64,000 nucleotides of DNA, taken from NCBI GenBank assembly GCA_964016885.1, contig OZ024751.1:4340001-4404000 (forward strand). The letters are read 5' to 3'. Below the pieces are notes generated by a model. That model was not told where the DNA came from. It worked only from the letters and a program-made list of their open reading frames with translations, and did not search any database. A program made the position numbers and the translations under genes. Within the stretch, counting starts at the first letter, position 1; every line of letters starts with the position of its first letter. The DNA is from Eledone cirrhosa (taxonomy: Eukaryota). Shown here piece by piece: positions 35,301 to 50,300 of this stretch.

Positions 35301-38300
35301 TTTACGTAGTCTTTAAATAGACTTGTTTTCAAGTAAAAATATTGTTTTAAAATGATTTTAAATGGAAATGAAGCGAAACGGAAGCTTAGTGTTCGAACTG
35401 ATGAATTTTGCAGGTCAATATTTTGCTGGCTCGACAACTGTCTGTTCGTGTATTGTGTTAATGTCATTTTAAACGCTGAGAAAGCCAGCGTAATTTTTTA
35501 CGTAAGACGCTCAATGTAAACAGAACAAAGGGAAATAACTGATAACTTACGCTCAAAAATCGATACATTATATTCGATTTCGTCACATAGGGTGGGTCAA
35601 TTTGAAATATTTTTTTTCCGATGTCTTCGCTAGGACTCAATGTACAAGTATAGCAATTTCGGTGCAATTCCGTGAGAGATTCTAAGAGGAGATGTGTGCC
35701 AAAAATCGATAGACAGACAACCACAGTTTTATATATATAGAAGCTGTAAAGCCCGGCGTTGCTCGGGGTCGCTCAGTAGCTGTGTTAAAGTTACCATGTT
35801 AAGTTTCTTTCTTGGCTTAAAAACTGTAGTGTCTACTGTGCAGACTTGCATGTGGTGTTTTTGATTAATATTCCCTCAACCAACAATATGCCTTATGAAG
35901 TTAAGAAAACATAACGATAACCCGAATGTTATAACAAAAGAGGATGCTGGGGATAGAAACTGCACTGGTTATTTATTAACAAAAATCGAAAATGTAAACA
36001 CTGCAACGCAGAGAAAAACATTAGCGTAACCAAATTATCAGTTATGTTTGTCTGCACGCCTGTATCACCTCTCTGCACGACTGTCTGTCTGCACGCCTAT
36101 ATCACCTCTCTGCACGACTGTCTGTCTGCACGCCTATATCACCTCTCTGCACGACTATCTGTCTGCACGCGTATATCACCTCTCTGCACGACTGTCTGTC
36201 TGCACGACTGTCTGTCTGCACGCCTAACGACGAAATATTTGCTTGTTTTACGTAGTCTTTAAATAGACTTGTTTTCAAGTAAAAATATTGTTTTAAAATG
36301 CTTTTAAATGGAAATGAAGCAAAACGGAAGCATAGTGTTCGAACTGATGAATTTTGCAGGTCAATATTTTGCTGGCTCGACAACTGTCTGTTCGTGTATT
36401 GTGTTAATGTCATTTTAAACGCTGAGAAAGCCAGCGTAATTTTTTACGTAAGACGCTCAATGTAAACAGAACAAAGGTAAATAACTGATAACTTACGCTC
36501 AAAAATCGATGCATTATATTCGATTTCGTCACATAGGGTGGGTCAATTTGAAATTTCTTTTTTCCGATGTCTTCGCTAGGGCTCAATGTACAAGTATAGC
36601 AATTTCGGTGCAATTCCGTGAGAGATTCTAAGAGGAGATGTGTGCCAAAAATCGATAGACAGACAGACAACCACAGTTTTATATATATAGAAGCAGTAAA
36701 GCCCGGCGTTGCTCGGGGTCGCTCAGTAGCTGTGTTAAAGTTACAATGTTAAGTTTCTTTTTTGGCTTCAAAACTGTAGTGTCTACTGTGCAGACTTGCA
36801 TGTGGTGTTTTTGATTAATATTCCCTCAACCAACAATATGCCTTATGAAGTTAAGAAAACATAACGATAACCCGAATGTTATAACAAAAGAGGATGCTGG
36901 GGATAGAAACTGCACTGGTTATTTATTAACAAAGATCGAAAATGTAAACACTGCAACGCAGAGAAAAACATTAGCGTAACCAAATTATCAGTTATGTCTG
37001 TCTGCACGCCTATATCACCTCTCTGCACGACTGTCTGTCTGCACGCCTATATCACCTCTCTGCACGACTGTCTGTCTGCACGCCTATATCACCTCTCTGC
37101 ACGACTATCTGTCTGCACGCGTATATCACCTCTCTGCACGACTGTCTGTCTGCACGACTGTCTGTCTGCACGCCTAACGACGAAATATTTGCTTGTTTTA
37201 CGTAGTCTTTAAATAGACTTGTTTTCAAGTAAAAATATTGTTTTAAAATGCTTTTAAATGGAAATGAAGCAAAACGGAAGCTTAGTGTTCGAACTGATGA
37301 ATTTTGCAGGTCAATATTTTGCTGGCTCGACAACTGTCTGTTCGTGTATTGTGTTAATGTCATTTTAAACGCTGAGAAAGCCAGCGTAATTTTTTACGTA
37401 AGACGCTCAATGTAAACAGAACAAAGGGAAATAACTGATAACTTACGCTCAAAAATCGATACATTATATTCGATTTCGTCACATAGGGTGGGTCAATTTG
37501 AAATTTTTTTTTTCCGATGTCTTCGCTAGGGCTCAATGTACAAGTATAGCAATTTCGGTGCAATTCCGTGAGAGATTCTAAGAGTAGATGTGTGCCAAAA
37601 ATCGATAGACAGACAACCACAGTTTTATATATATATAGAAGCAGTAAAGCCCGGCGTTGCTCGGGGTCGCTCAGTAGCTGTGTTAAAGTTACAATGTTAA
37701 GTTTCTTTCTTGGCTTAAAAACTGTAGTGTCTACTGTGCAGACTTGCATGTGGTGTTTTTGATTAATATTCCCTCAACCAACAATATGCCTTATGAAGTT
37801 AAGAAAACATAACGATAACCCGAATGTTATAACAAAAGAGGATGCTGGGGATAGAAACTGCACTGGTTATTTATTAACAAAGATCGAAAATGTAAACACT
37901 GCAACGCAGAGAAAAACATTAGCGTAACCAAATTATCAGTTATGTCTGTCTGCACGCCTATATCACCTCTCTGCACGACTGTCTGTCTGCACGCCTATAT
38001 CACCTCTCTGCACGACTGTCTGTCTGCACGCCTATATCACCTCTCTGCACGACTGTCTGTCTGCACGCCTATATCACCTCTCTGCACAACTGTCTGTCTG
38101 CACGACTGTCTGTCTGCACGCCTAACGACGAAATATTTGCTTGTTTTACGTAGTCTTTAAATAGACTTGTTTTCAAGTAAAAATATTGTTTTAAAATGCT
38201 TTTAAATGGAAATGAAGCAAAACGGAAGCTTAGTGTTCGAACTGATGAATTTTGCGGGTCAATATTTTGCTGGCTCGACAACTGTCTGTTCGTGTATTGT

Positions 38301-41300
38301 GTTAATGTCATTTTAAACGCTGAGAAAGCCAGCGTAATTTTTTACGTAAGACGCTCAATGTAAACAGAACAAAGGGAAATAACTGATAACTTACGCTCAA
38401 AAATCGATACATTATATTCGATTTCGTCACATAGGGTGGGTCAATTTGAAATATTTTTTTTCCGATGTCTTCGCTAGGACTCAATGTACAAGTATAGCAA
38501 TTTCGGTGCAATTCCGTGAGAGATTCTAAGAGGAGATGTGTGCCAAAAATCGATAGACAGACAACCACAGTTTTATATATATAGAAGCTGTAAAGCCCGG
38601 CGTTGCTCGGGGTCGCTCAGTAGCTGTGTTAAAGTTACCATGTTAAGTTTCTTTCTTGGCTTAAAAACTGTAGTGTCTACTGTGCAGACTTGCATGTGGT
38701 GTTTTTGATTAATATTCCCTCAACCAACAATATGCCTTATGAAGTTAAGAAAACATAACGATAACCCGAATGTTATAACAAAAGAGGATGCTGGGGATAG
38801 AAACTGCACTGGTTATTTATTAACAAAAATCGAAAATGTAAACACTGCAACGCAGAGAAAAACATTAGCGTAACCAAATTATCAGTTATGTTTGTCTGCA
38901 CGCCTGTATCACCTCTCTGCACGACTGTCTGTCTGCACGCCTATATCACCTCTCTGCACGACTGTCTGTCTGCACGCCGATATCACCTCTCTGCACGACT
39001 ATCTGTCTGCACGCGTATATCACCTCTCTGCACGACTGTCTGTCTGCACGACTGTCTGTCTGCACGCCTAACGACGAAATATTTGCTTGTTTTACGTAGT
39101 CTTTAAATAGACTTGTTTTCAAGTAAAAATATTGTTTTAAAATGCTTTTAAATGGAAATGAAGCAAAACGGAAGCATAGTGTTCGAACTGATGAATTTTG
39201 CAGGTCAATATTTTGCTGGCTCGACAACTGTCTGTTCGTGTATTGTGTTAATGTCATTTTAAACGCTGAGAAAGCCAGCGTAATTTTTTACGTAAGACGC
39301 TCAATGTAAACAGAACAAAGGTAAATAACTGATAACTTACGCTCAAAAATCGATGCATTATATTCGATTTCGTCACATAGGGTGGGTCAATTTGAAATTT
39401 CTTTTTTCCGATGTCTTCGCTAGGGCTCAATGTACAAGTATAGCAATTTCGGTGCAATTCCGTGAGAGATTCTAAGAGGAGATGTGTGCCAAAAATCGAT
39501 AGACAGACAGACAACCACAGTTTTATATATATAGAAGCAGTAAAGCCCGGCGTTGCTCGGGGTCGCTCAGTAGCTGTGTTAAAGTTACAATGTTAAGTTT
39601 CTTTTTTGGCTTCAAAACTGTAGTGTCTACTGTGCAGACTTGCATGTGGTGTTTTTGATTAATATTCCCTCAACCAACAATATGCCTTATGAAGTTAAGA
39701 AAACATAACGATAACCCGAATGTTATAACAAAAGAGGATGCTGGGGATAGAAACTGCACTGGTTATTTATTAACAAAGATCGAAAATGTAAACACTGCAA
39801 CGCAGAGAAAAACATTAGCGTAACCAAATTATCAGTTATGTCTGTCTGCACGCCTATATCACCTCTCTGCACGACTGTCTGTCTGCACGCCTATATCACC
39901 TCTCTGCACGACTGTCTGTCTGCACGCCTATATCACCTCTCTGCACGACTATCTGTCTGCACGCGTATATCACCTCTCTGCACGACTGTCTGTCTGCACG
40001 ACTGTCTGTCTGCACGCCTAACGACGAAATATTTGCTTGTTTTACGTAGTCTTTAAATAGACTTGTTTTCAAGTAAAAATATTGTTTTAAAATGCTTTTA
40101 AATGGAAATGAAGCAAAACGGAAGCTTAGTGTTCGAACTGATGAATTTTGCAGGTCAATATTTTGCTGGCTCGACAACTGTCTGTTCGTGTATTGTGTTA
40201 ATGTCATTTTAAACGCTGAGAAAGCCAGCGTAATTTTTTACGTAAGACGCTCAATGTAAACAGAACAAAGGGAAATAACTGATAACTTACGCTCAAAAAT
40301 CGATACATTATATTCGATTTCGTCACATAGGGTGGGTCAATTTGAAATTTTTTTTTTCCGATGTCTTCGCTAGGGCTCAATGTACAAGTATAGCAATTTC
40401 GGTGCAATTCCGTGAGAGATTCTAAGAGTAGATGTGTGCCAAAAATCGATAGACAGACAACCACAGTTTTATATATATATAGAAGCAGTAAAGCCCGGCG
40501 TTGCTCGGGGTCGCTCAGTAGCTGTGTTAAAGTTACAATGTTAAGTTTCTTTCTTGGCTTAAAAACTGTAGTGTCTACTGTGCAGACTTGCATGTGGTGT
40601 TTTTGATTAATATTCCCTCAACCAACAATATGCCTTATGAAGTTAAGAAAACATAACGATAACCCGAATGTTATAACAAAAGAGGATGCTGGGGATAGAA
40701 ACTGCACTGGTTATTTATTAACAAAGATCGAAAATGTAAACACTGCAACGCAGAGAAAAACATTAGCGTAACCAAATTATCAGTTATGTCTGTCTGCACG
40801 CCTATATCACCTCTCTGCACGACTGTCTGTCTGCACGCCTATATCACCTCTCTGCACGACTGTCTGTCTGCACGCCTATATCACCTCTCTGCACGACTGT
40901 CTGTCTGCACGCCTATATCACCTCTCTGCACGACTGTCTGTCTGCACGCCTAACGACGAAATATTTGCTTGTTTTACGTAGTCTTTAAATAGACTTGTTT
41001 TCAAGTAAAAATATTGTTTTAAAATGCTTTTAAATGGAAATGAAGCAAAACGGAAGATTAGTGTTCGAACTGATGAATTTTTCAGGTCAATATTTTGCTG
41101 GCTCGACAACTGTCTGTTCGTGTATTGTGTTAATGTCATTTTAAACGCTGAGAAAGCCAGCGTAATTTTTTACGTAAGACGCTCAATGTAAACAGAACAA
41201 AGGGAAATAACTGATAACTTACGCTCAAAAATCGATACATTATATTCGATTTCGTCACGTAGGGTGGGTCAATTTGAAATTTTTTTTTTCCGATGTCTTC

Positions 41301-44300
41301 GCTAGGGCTCAATGTACAAGTATAGCAATTTCGGTGCAATTCCGTGAGAGATTCTAAGAGGAGATGTGTGCCAAAAATCGATAGACAGACAGACATCCAC
41401 AGTTTTATATATATAGATAAGAAGCAGTAAAGCCCGGCGTTGCTCGGGGTCGCTCAGTAGCTGTGTTAAAGTTACAATGTTAAGTTTCTTTCCTGGCTTA
41501 AAAACTGTAGTGTCTACTGTGCAGACTTGCATGTGGTGTTTTTGATTAATATTCCCTCAACCAACAATATGCCTTATGAAGTTAAGAAAACATAACGATA
41601 ACCCGAATGTTATAACAAAAGAGGATGCTGGGGATAGAAACTGCACTGGTTATTTATTAACAAAGATCGAAAATGTAAACACTGCAACGCAGAGAAAAAC
41701 ATTAGCGTAACCAAATTATCAGTTATGTCTGTCTGCACGCCTATATCACCTCTCTGCACGACTGTCTGTCTGCACGCCTATATCACCTCTCTGCACGACT
41801 GTCTGTCTGCACGCCTATATCACCTCTCTGCACGACTGTCTGTCTGCACGCCTATATCACCTCTCTGCACAACTGTCTGTCTGCACGACTGTCTGTCTGC
41901 ACGCCTAACGACGAAATATTTGCTTGTTTTACGTAGTCTTTAAATAGACTTGTTTTCAAGTAAAAATATTGTTTTAAAATGCTTTTAAATGGAAATGAAG
42001 CAAAACGGAAGCCTAGTGTTCGAACTGATGAATTTTGCGGGTCAATATTTTGCTGGCTCGACAACTGTCTGTTCGTGTATTGTGTTAATGTCATTTTAAA
42101 CGCTGAGAAAGCCAGCGTAATTTTTTACGTAAGACGCTCAATGTAAACAGAACAAAGGGAAATAACTGATAACTTACGCTCAAAAATCGATACATTATAT
42201 TCGATTTCGTCACATAGGGTGGGTCAATTTGAAATTTTTTTTTTCCGATGTCTTCGCTAGGACTGAATGTTCAAGTATAGCAATTTCGGTGCAATTCCGT
42301 GAGAGATTCTAAGAGGAGATGTGTGCCAAAAATCGATAGACAGACAGACAACCACAGTTTTATATATATAGAAGCAGTAAAGCTCGGCGTTGCTCGGGGT
42401 CGCTCAGTAGCTGTGTTAAAGTTACAATGTTAAGTTTCTTTCTTGGCTTAAAAACTGTAGTGTCTACTGTGCAGACTTGCATGTGGTGTTTTTGATTAAT
42501 ATTGCCTCAACCAACAATATGCCTTATGAAGTTAAGAAAACATAACGATAACCCGAATGTTATAACAAAAGAGGATGCTGGGGATAGAAACTGCACTGGT
42601 TATTTATTAACAAAGATCGAAAATGTAAACACTGCAACGCAGAGAAAAACATTAGCGTAACCAAATTATCAGTTATGTCTGTCTGCACGCCTATATCACC
42701 TCTCTGCACGACTGTCTGTCTGCACGCCTATATCACCTCTCTGCACGACTGTCTGTCTGCACGCCTATATCACCTCTCTGCACGACTGTCTGTCTGCACG
42801 CCTATATCACCTCTCTGCACAACTGTCTGTCTGCACGACTGTCTGTCTGCACGCCTAACGACGAAATATTTGCTTGTTTTACGTAGTCTTTAAATAGACT
42901 TGTTTTCAAGTAAAAATATTGTTTTAAAATGCTTTTAAATGGAAATGAAGCAAAACGGAAGCTTAGTGTTCGAACTGATGAATTTTGCAGGTCAATATTT
43001 TGCTGGCTCGACAACTGTCTGTTCGTGTATTGTGTTAATGTCATTTTAAACGCTGAGAAAGCCAGCGTAATTTGTTACGTAAACGCTCAATGTACAAAAG
43101 GAAATAACTGATAACCTACGCTCAAAAATCGATACATTATATTCGATTTCGTCACATAGGGTGGGTCAATTTCAACTTTTTTTTTCCGATTTCTTCGCTA
43201 GGACTCAATGTACAAGTATAGCAATTTCGGTGCAATTCCGTGAGAGATTCTAAGAGGAGATGTGTGCCAAAAATCGATAGACAGACAGACAACCACAGTT
43301 TTATATATATAGAAGCAGTAAAGCTCGGCGTTGCTCGGGGTCGCTCAGTAGCTGTGTTAAAGTTACAATGTTAAGTTTCTTTCTTGGCTTAAAAACTGTA
43401 GTGTCTACTGTGCAGACTTGCATGTGGTGTTTTTGATTAATATTGCCTCAACCAACAATATGCCTTATGAAGTTAAGAAAACATAACGATAACCCGAATG
43501 TTATAACAAAAGAGGATGCTGGGGATAGAAACTGCACTGGTTATTTATTAACAAAGATCGAAAATGTAAACACTGCAACGCAGAGAAAAACATTAGCGTA
43601 ACCAAATTATCAGTTATGTCTGTCTGCACGCCTATATCACCTCTCTGCACGACTGTCTGTCTGCACGCCTATATCACCTCTCTGCACGACTGTCTGTCTG
43701 CACGCCTATATCACCTCTCTGCACGACTGTCTGTCTGCACGCCTATATCACCTCTCTGCACAACTGTCTGTCTGCACGACTGTCTGTCTGCACGCCTAAC
43801 GACGAAATATTTGCTTGTTTTACGTAGTCTTTAAATAGACTTGTTTTCAAGTAAAAATATTGTTTTAAAATGCTTTTAAATGGAAATGAAGCAAAACGGA
43901 AGCTTAGTGTTCGAACTGATGAATTTTGCAGGTCAATATTTTGCTGGCTCGACAACTGTCTGTTCGTGTATTGTGTTAATGTCATTTTAAACGCTGAGAA
44001 AGCCAGCGTAATTTGTTACGTAAACGCTCAATGTACAAAAGGAAATAACTGATAACCTACGCTCAAAAATCGATACATTATATTCGATTTCGTCACATAG
44101 GGTGGGTCAATTTCAACTTTTTTTTTCCGATTTCTTCGCTAGGACTCAATGTACAAGTATAGCAATTTCGGTGCAATTCCGTGAGAGATTCTAAGAGGAG
44201 ATGTGTGCCAAAAATCGATAGACAGACAGACAACCACAGTTTTATATATATAGAAGCAGTAAAGTTCGGCGTTGCTCGGGGTCGCTCAGTAGCTGTGTTA

Positions 44301-47300
44301 ATGTTACAATGTTAAGTTTCTTTCTTGGCTTAAAAACTGTAGTGTCTACTGTGCAGACTTGCATGTGGTGTTTTTGATTAATATTCCCTCAACCAACAAT
44401 ATGCCTTATGAAGTTAAGAAAACATAACGATAACCCGAATGTTATAACAAAAGAGGATGCTGGGGATAGAAACTGCACTGGTTATTTATTAACAAAGATC
44501 GAAAATGTAAACACTGCAACGCAGAGAAAAACATTACCGTAACCAAATTATCAGTTATGTCTGTCTGCACGCCTATATCACCTCTTTGCACGCCTATATC
44601 ACCTCTCTGCACGACTGTCTGTCTGCACGCCTATATCACCTCTCTGCACGACTGTCTGTCTGCACGCCTATATCACCTCTCTGCACGACTGTCTGTCTGC
44701 AGGACTGTCTGTCTGCACGACTGTCTGTCTGCACGACTGTCTGTCTGCACGCCCAACGACGAAATATTTGCTTGTTTTACGTAGTCTTTAAATAGACTTG
44801 TTTTCAAGTAAAAATATTGTTTTAAAATGCTTTTAAATGGAAATGAAGCAAAACGGAAGCTTAGTGTTCGAACTGATGAATTTTGCAGGTCAATATTTTG
44901 CTGGCTCGACAACTGTCTGTTCGTGTATTGTGTTAATGTCATTTTAAACGCTGAGAAAGCCAGCGTAATTTTTTACGTAAGACGCTCAATGTAAACAGAA
45001 CAAAGGGAAGTAACTGATAACTTACGCTCAAAAATCGATACATTATATTCGATTTCGTCACATAGGGTGGGTCAATTTGAAATATTTTTTTTCCGATGTC
45101 TTCGCTAGGACTCAATGTACAAGTATAGCAATTTCGGTGCAATTCCGTGAGAGATTCTAAGAGCAGATGTGTGCCAAAAATCGATAGACAGAGAGACAAC
45201 CACAGTTTTATATATATAGAAGCAGTAAAGCCCGGCGTTGCTCGGGGTCGCTCAGTAGCTGTGTTAAAGTTACAATGTTAAGTTTCTTTCTTGGCTTAAA
45301 AACTGTAGTGTCTACTGTGCAGACTTGCATGTGGTGTTTTTGATTAATATTCCCTCAACCAACAATATGCCTTATGAAGTTAAGAAAACATAACGATAAC
45401 CCGAATGTTATAACAAAAGAGGATGCTGGGGATAGAAACTGCACTGGTTATTTATTAACAAAGATCGAAAATGTAAACACTGCAACGCAGAGAAAAACAT
45501 TAGCGTAACCAAATTATCAGTTATGTCTGTCTGCACGCCTATATCACCTCTCTGCACGACTGTCTGTCTGCACGCCTATATCACCTCTCTGCACGACTGT
45601 CTGTCTGCACGCCTATATCACCTCTCTGCACGACTATCTGTCTGCACGCGTATATCACCTCTCTGCACGACTGTCTGTCTGCACGACTGTCTGTCTGCAC
45701 GCCTAACGACGAAATATTTGCTTGTTTTACGTAGTCTTTAAATAGACTTGTTTTCAAGTAAAAATATTGTTTTAAAATGCTTTTAAATGGAAATGAAGCA
45801 AAACGGAAGCTTAGTGTTCGAACTGATGAATTTTGCAGGTCAATATTTTGCTGGCTCGACAACTGTCTGTTCGTGTATTGTGTTAATGTCATTTTAAACG
45901 CTGAGAAAGCCAGCGTAATTTTTTACGTAAGACGCTCAATGTAAACAGAACAAAGGGAAATAACTGATAACTTACGCTCAAAAATCGATACATTATATTC
46001 GATTTCGTCACATAGGGTGGGTCAATTTGAAATATTTTTTTCCGATGTCTTCGCTAGGGCTCAATGTACAAGTATAGCAATTTCGGTGCAATTCCGTGCG
46101 AGATTCTAAGAGGAGATGTGTGCCAAAATCGATAGACAGACAGACAACCACAGTTTTATATATATAGAAGCAGTAAAGCCAGGCGTTGCTTTGGGGTCGC
46201 TCAGTAGCTGTGTTAAAGTTACAATGTTAAGTTTCTTTTTTGGCTTAAAAACTGTAGTGTCTACTGTGCAGACTTGCATGTGGTGTTTTTGATTAATATT
46301 CCCTCAACCAACAATATGCCTTATGAAGTTAAGAAAACATAACGATAACCCGAATGTTATAACAAAAGAGGATGCTGGGGATAGAAACTGCACTGGTTAT
46401 TTATTAACAAAGATCGAAAATGTAAACACTGCAACGCAGAGAAAAACATTAGCGTAACCAAATTATCAGTTATGTCTGTCTGCACGCCTATATCACCTCT
46501 CTGCACGACTGTCTGTCTGCACGCCTATATCACCTCTCTGCACGACTGTCTGTCTGCACGCCTATATCACCTCTCTGCACGACTGTCTGTCTGCACGCCT
46601 ATATCACCTCTCTGCACGACTGTCTGTCTGCACGCCTATATCACCTCTCTGCACAACTGTCTGTCTGCACGACTGTCTGTCTGCACGCCTAACGACGAAA
46701 TATTTGCTTGTTTTACGTAGTCTTTAAATAGACTTGTTTTCAAGTAAAAATATTGTTTTAAAATGCTTTTAAATGGAAATGAAGCAAAACGGAAGCTTAG
46801 TGTTCGAACTGATGAATTTTGCAGGTCAATATTTTGCTGGCTCGACAACTGTCTGTTCGTGTATTGTGTTAATGTCATTTTAAACGCTGAGAAAGCCAGC
46901 GTAATTTTTTACGTAAGACGCTCAATGTAAACAGAACAAAGGGAAGTAACTGATAACTTACGCTCAAAAATCGATACATTATATTCGATTTCGTCACATA
47001 GGGTGGGTCAATTTGAAATATTTTTTTCCGATGTCTTCGCTAGGACTCAATGTACAAGTATAGCAATTTCGGTGCAATTCCGTGAGAGATTCTAAGAGCA
47101 GATGTGTGCCAAAAATCGATAGACAGAGAGACAACCACAGTTTTATATATATAGAAGCAGTAAAGCCCGGCGTTGCTCGGGGTCGCTCAGTAGCTGTGTT
47201 AAAGTTACAATGTTAAGTTTCTTTCTTGGCTTAAAAACTGTAGTGTCTACTGTGCAGACTTGCATGTGGTGTTTTTGATTAATATTCCCTCAACCAACAA

Positions 47301-50300
47301 TATGCCTTATGAAGTTAAGAAAACATAATGATAACCCGAATGTTATAACAAAAGAGGATGCTGGGGATAGAAACTGCACTGGATATTTATTAACAAAGAT
47401 CGAAAATGTAAACACTGCAACGCAGAGAAAAACATTAGCGTAACCAAATTATCAGTTATGTCTGTCTGCACGCCTATATCACCTCTCTGCACGACTGTCT
47501 GTCTGCACGCCTATATCACCTCTCTGCACGACTGTCTGTCTGCACGCCTATATCACCTCTCTGCACGACTGTCTGTCTGCGCGCGGATATCACCTCTCTG
47601 CACGACTGTCTGTCTGCACGCCTAACGACGAAATATTTGCTTGTTTTACGTAGTCTTTAAATAGACTTGTTTTCAAGTAAAAATATTGTTTTAAAATGCT
47701 TTTAAATGGAAATGAAGCAAAACGGAAGCTTAGTGTTCGAACTGATGAATTTTGCAGGTCAATATTTTGCTGGCTCGACAACTGTCTGTTCGTGTATTGT
47801 GTTAATGTCATTTTAAACGCTGAGAAAGCCAGCGTAATTTTTTACGTAAGACGCTCAATGTAAACAGAACAAAGGGAAATAACTGATAACTTACGCTCAA
47901 AAATCGATACATTATATTCGATTTCGTCACATAGTGTGGGTCAATTTGAAATTTTTTTTTCCGATGTCTTCGCTAGGGCTCAATGTACAAGTATAGCAAT
48001 TTCGGTGCAATTCCGTGCGAGATTCTAAGAGGAGATGTGTGCCAAAAATCGATAGACAGACAGACAACCACAGTTTTATATATATAGAAGCAGTAAAGCC
48101 AGGCGTTGCTCGGGGTCGCTCAGTAGCTGTGTTAAAGTTACAATGTTAAGTTTCTTTTTTGGCTTAAAAACTGTAGTATCTACTGTGCAGACTTGCATGT
48201 GGTGTTTTTGATTAATATTCCCTCAACCAACAATATGCCTTATGAAGTTAAGAAAACATAACGATAACCCGAATGTTATAACAAAAGAGGATGCTGGGGA
48301 TAGAAACTGCACTGGTTATTTATTAACAAAGATCGAAAATGTAAACACTGCAACGCAGAGAAAAACATTAGCGTAACCAAATTATCAGTTATGTCTGTCT
48401 GCACGCCTATATCACCTCTCTGCACGACTGTCTGTCTGCACGCCTATATCACCTCTCTGCACGACTATCTGTCTGCACGCCTATATCACCTCTCTGCACG
48501 ACTGTCTGTCTGCACGCCTATATCACCTCTCTGCACGACTGTCTGTCTGCACGCCTATATCACCTCTCTGCACAACTGTCTGTCTGCACGACTGTCTGTC
48601 TGCACGCCTAACGACGAAATATTTGCTTGTTTTACGTAGTCTTTAAATAGACTTGTTTTCAAGTAAAAATATTGTTTTAAAATGCTTTTAAATGGAAATG
48701 AAGCAAAACGGAAGCTTAGTGTTCGAACTGATGAATTTTGCAGGTCAATATTTTGCTGGCTCGACAACTGTCTGTTCGTGTATTGTGTTAATATCATTTT
48801 AAACGCTGAGAAAGCCAGCGTAATTTTTTACGTAAGACGCTCAATGTAAACAGAACAAAGTGAAATAACTGATAACTTACGCTCAAAAATCGATACATTA
48901 TATTCGATTTCGTCACATAGGGTGGGTCAATTTGAAATTTTTTTTTTCCGATGTCTTCGCTAGGACTCAATGTACAAGTATAGCAATTTCGGTGCAATTC
49001 CGTGAGAGATTCTAAGAGGAGATGTGTGCCAAAAATCGATAGACAGACAGACAACCACAGTTTTATATATATAGAAGCAGTAAAGCTCGGCGTTGCTCGG
49101 GGTCGCTCAGTAGCTGTGTTAAAGTTACAATGTTAAGTTTCTTTCTTGGCTTAAAAACTGTAGTGTCTACTGTGCAGACTTGCATGTGGTGTTTTTGATT
49201 AATATTCCCTCAACCAACAATATGCCTTATGAAGTTAAGAAAACATAACGATAACCCGAATGTTATAACAAAAGAGGATGCTGGGGATAGAAACTGCACT
49301 GGTTATTTATTAACAAAGATCGAAAATGTAAACACTGCAACGCAGAGAAAAACATTACCGTAACCAAATTATCAGTTATGTCTGTCTGCACGCCTATATC
49401 ACCTCTTTGCCCGCCTATATCACCTCTCTGCACGACTGTCTGTCTGCACGCCTATATCACCTCTCTGCACGCCTATATCACCTCTCTGCACGACTGTCTG
49501 TCTGCACGCCTATATCACCTCTCTGCACGACTGTCTGTCTGCAGGACTGTCTGTCTGCACGACTGTCTGTCTGCACGACTGTCTGTCTGCACGCCTAACG
49601 ACGAAATATTTGCTTGTTTTACGTAGTCTTTAAATAGACTTGTTTTCAAGTAAAAATATTGTTTTAAAATGCTTTTAAATGGAAATGAAGCAAAACGGAA
49701 GCTTAGTGTTCGAACTGATGAATTTTGCAGGTCAATATTTTGCTGGCTCGACAACTGTCTGTTCGTGTATTGTGTTAATGTCATTTTAAACGCTGAGAAA
49801 GCCAGCGTAATTTTTTACGTAAGACGCTCAATGTAAACAGAACAAAGGGAAATAACTGATAACTTACGCTCAAAAATCGATACATTATATTCGATTTCGT
49901 CACATAGGGTGGGTCAATTTGAAATTTTTTTTTCCGATGTCTTCGCTAGGGTTCAATGTACAAGTATAGCAATTTCGGTGCAATTCCGTGCGAGATTCTA
50001 AGAGGAGATGTGTGCCAAAAATCGATAGACAGACAGACAACCACAGTTTTATATATATATAGAAGCAGTAAAGCCCGGCGTTGCTCGGGGTCGCTCAGTA
50101 GCTGCGTTAAAGTTACAATGTTAAGTTTCTTTCTTGGCTTAAAAACTGTAGTGTCTACTGTGCAGACTTGCATGTGGTGTTTTTGATTAATATTCCCTCA
50201 ACCAACAATATGCCTTATGAAGTTAAGAAAACATAACGATAACCCGAATGTTATAACAAAAGAGGATGCTGGGGATAGAAACTGCACTGGTTATTTATTA

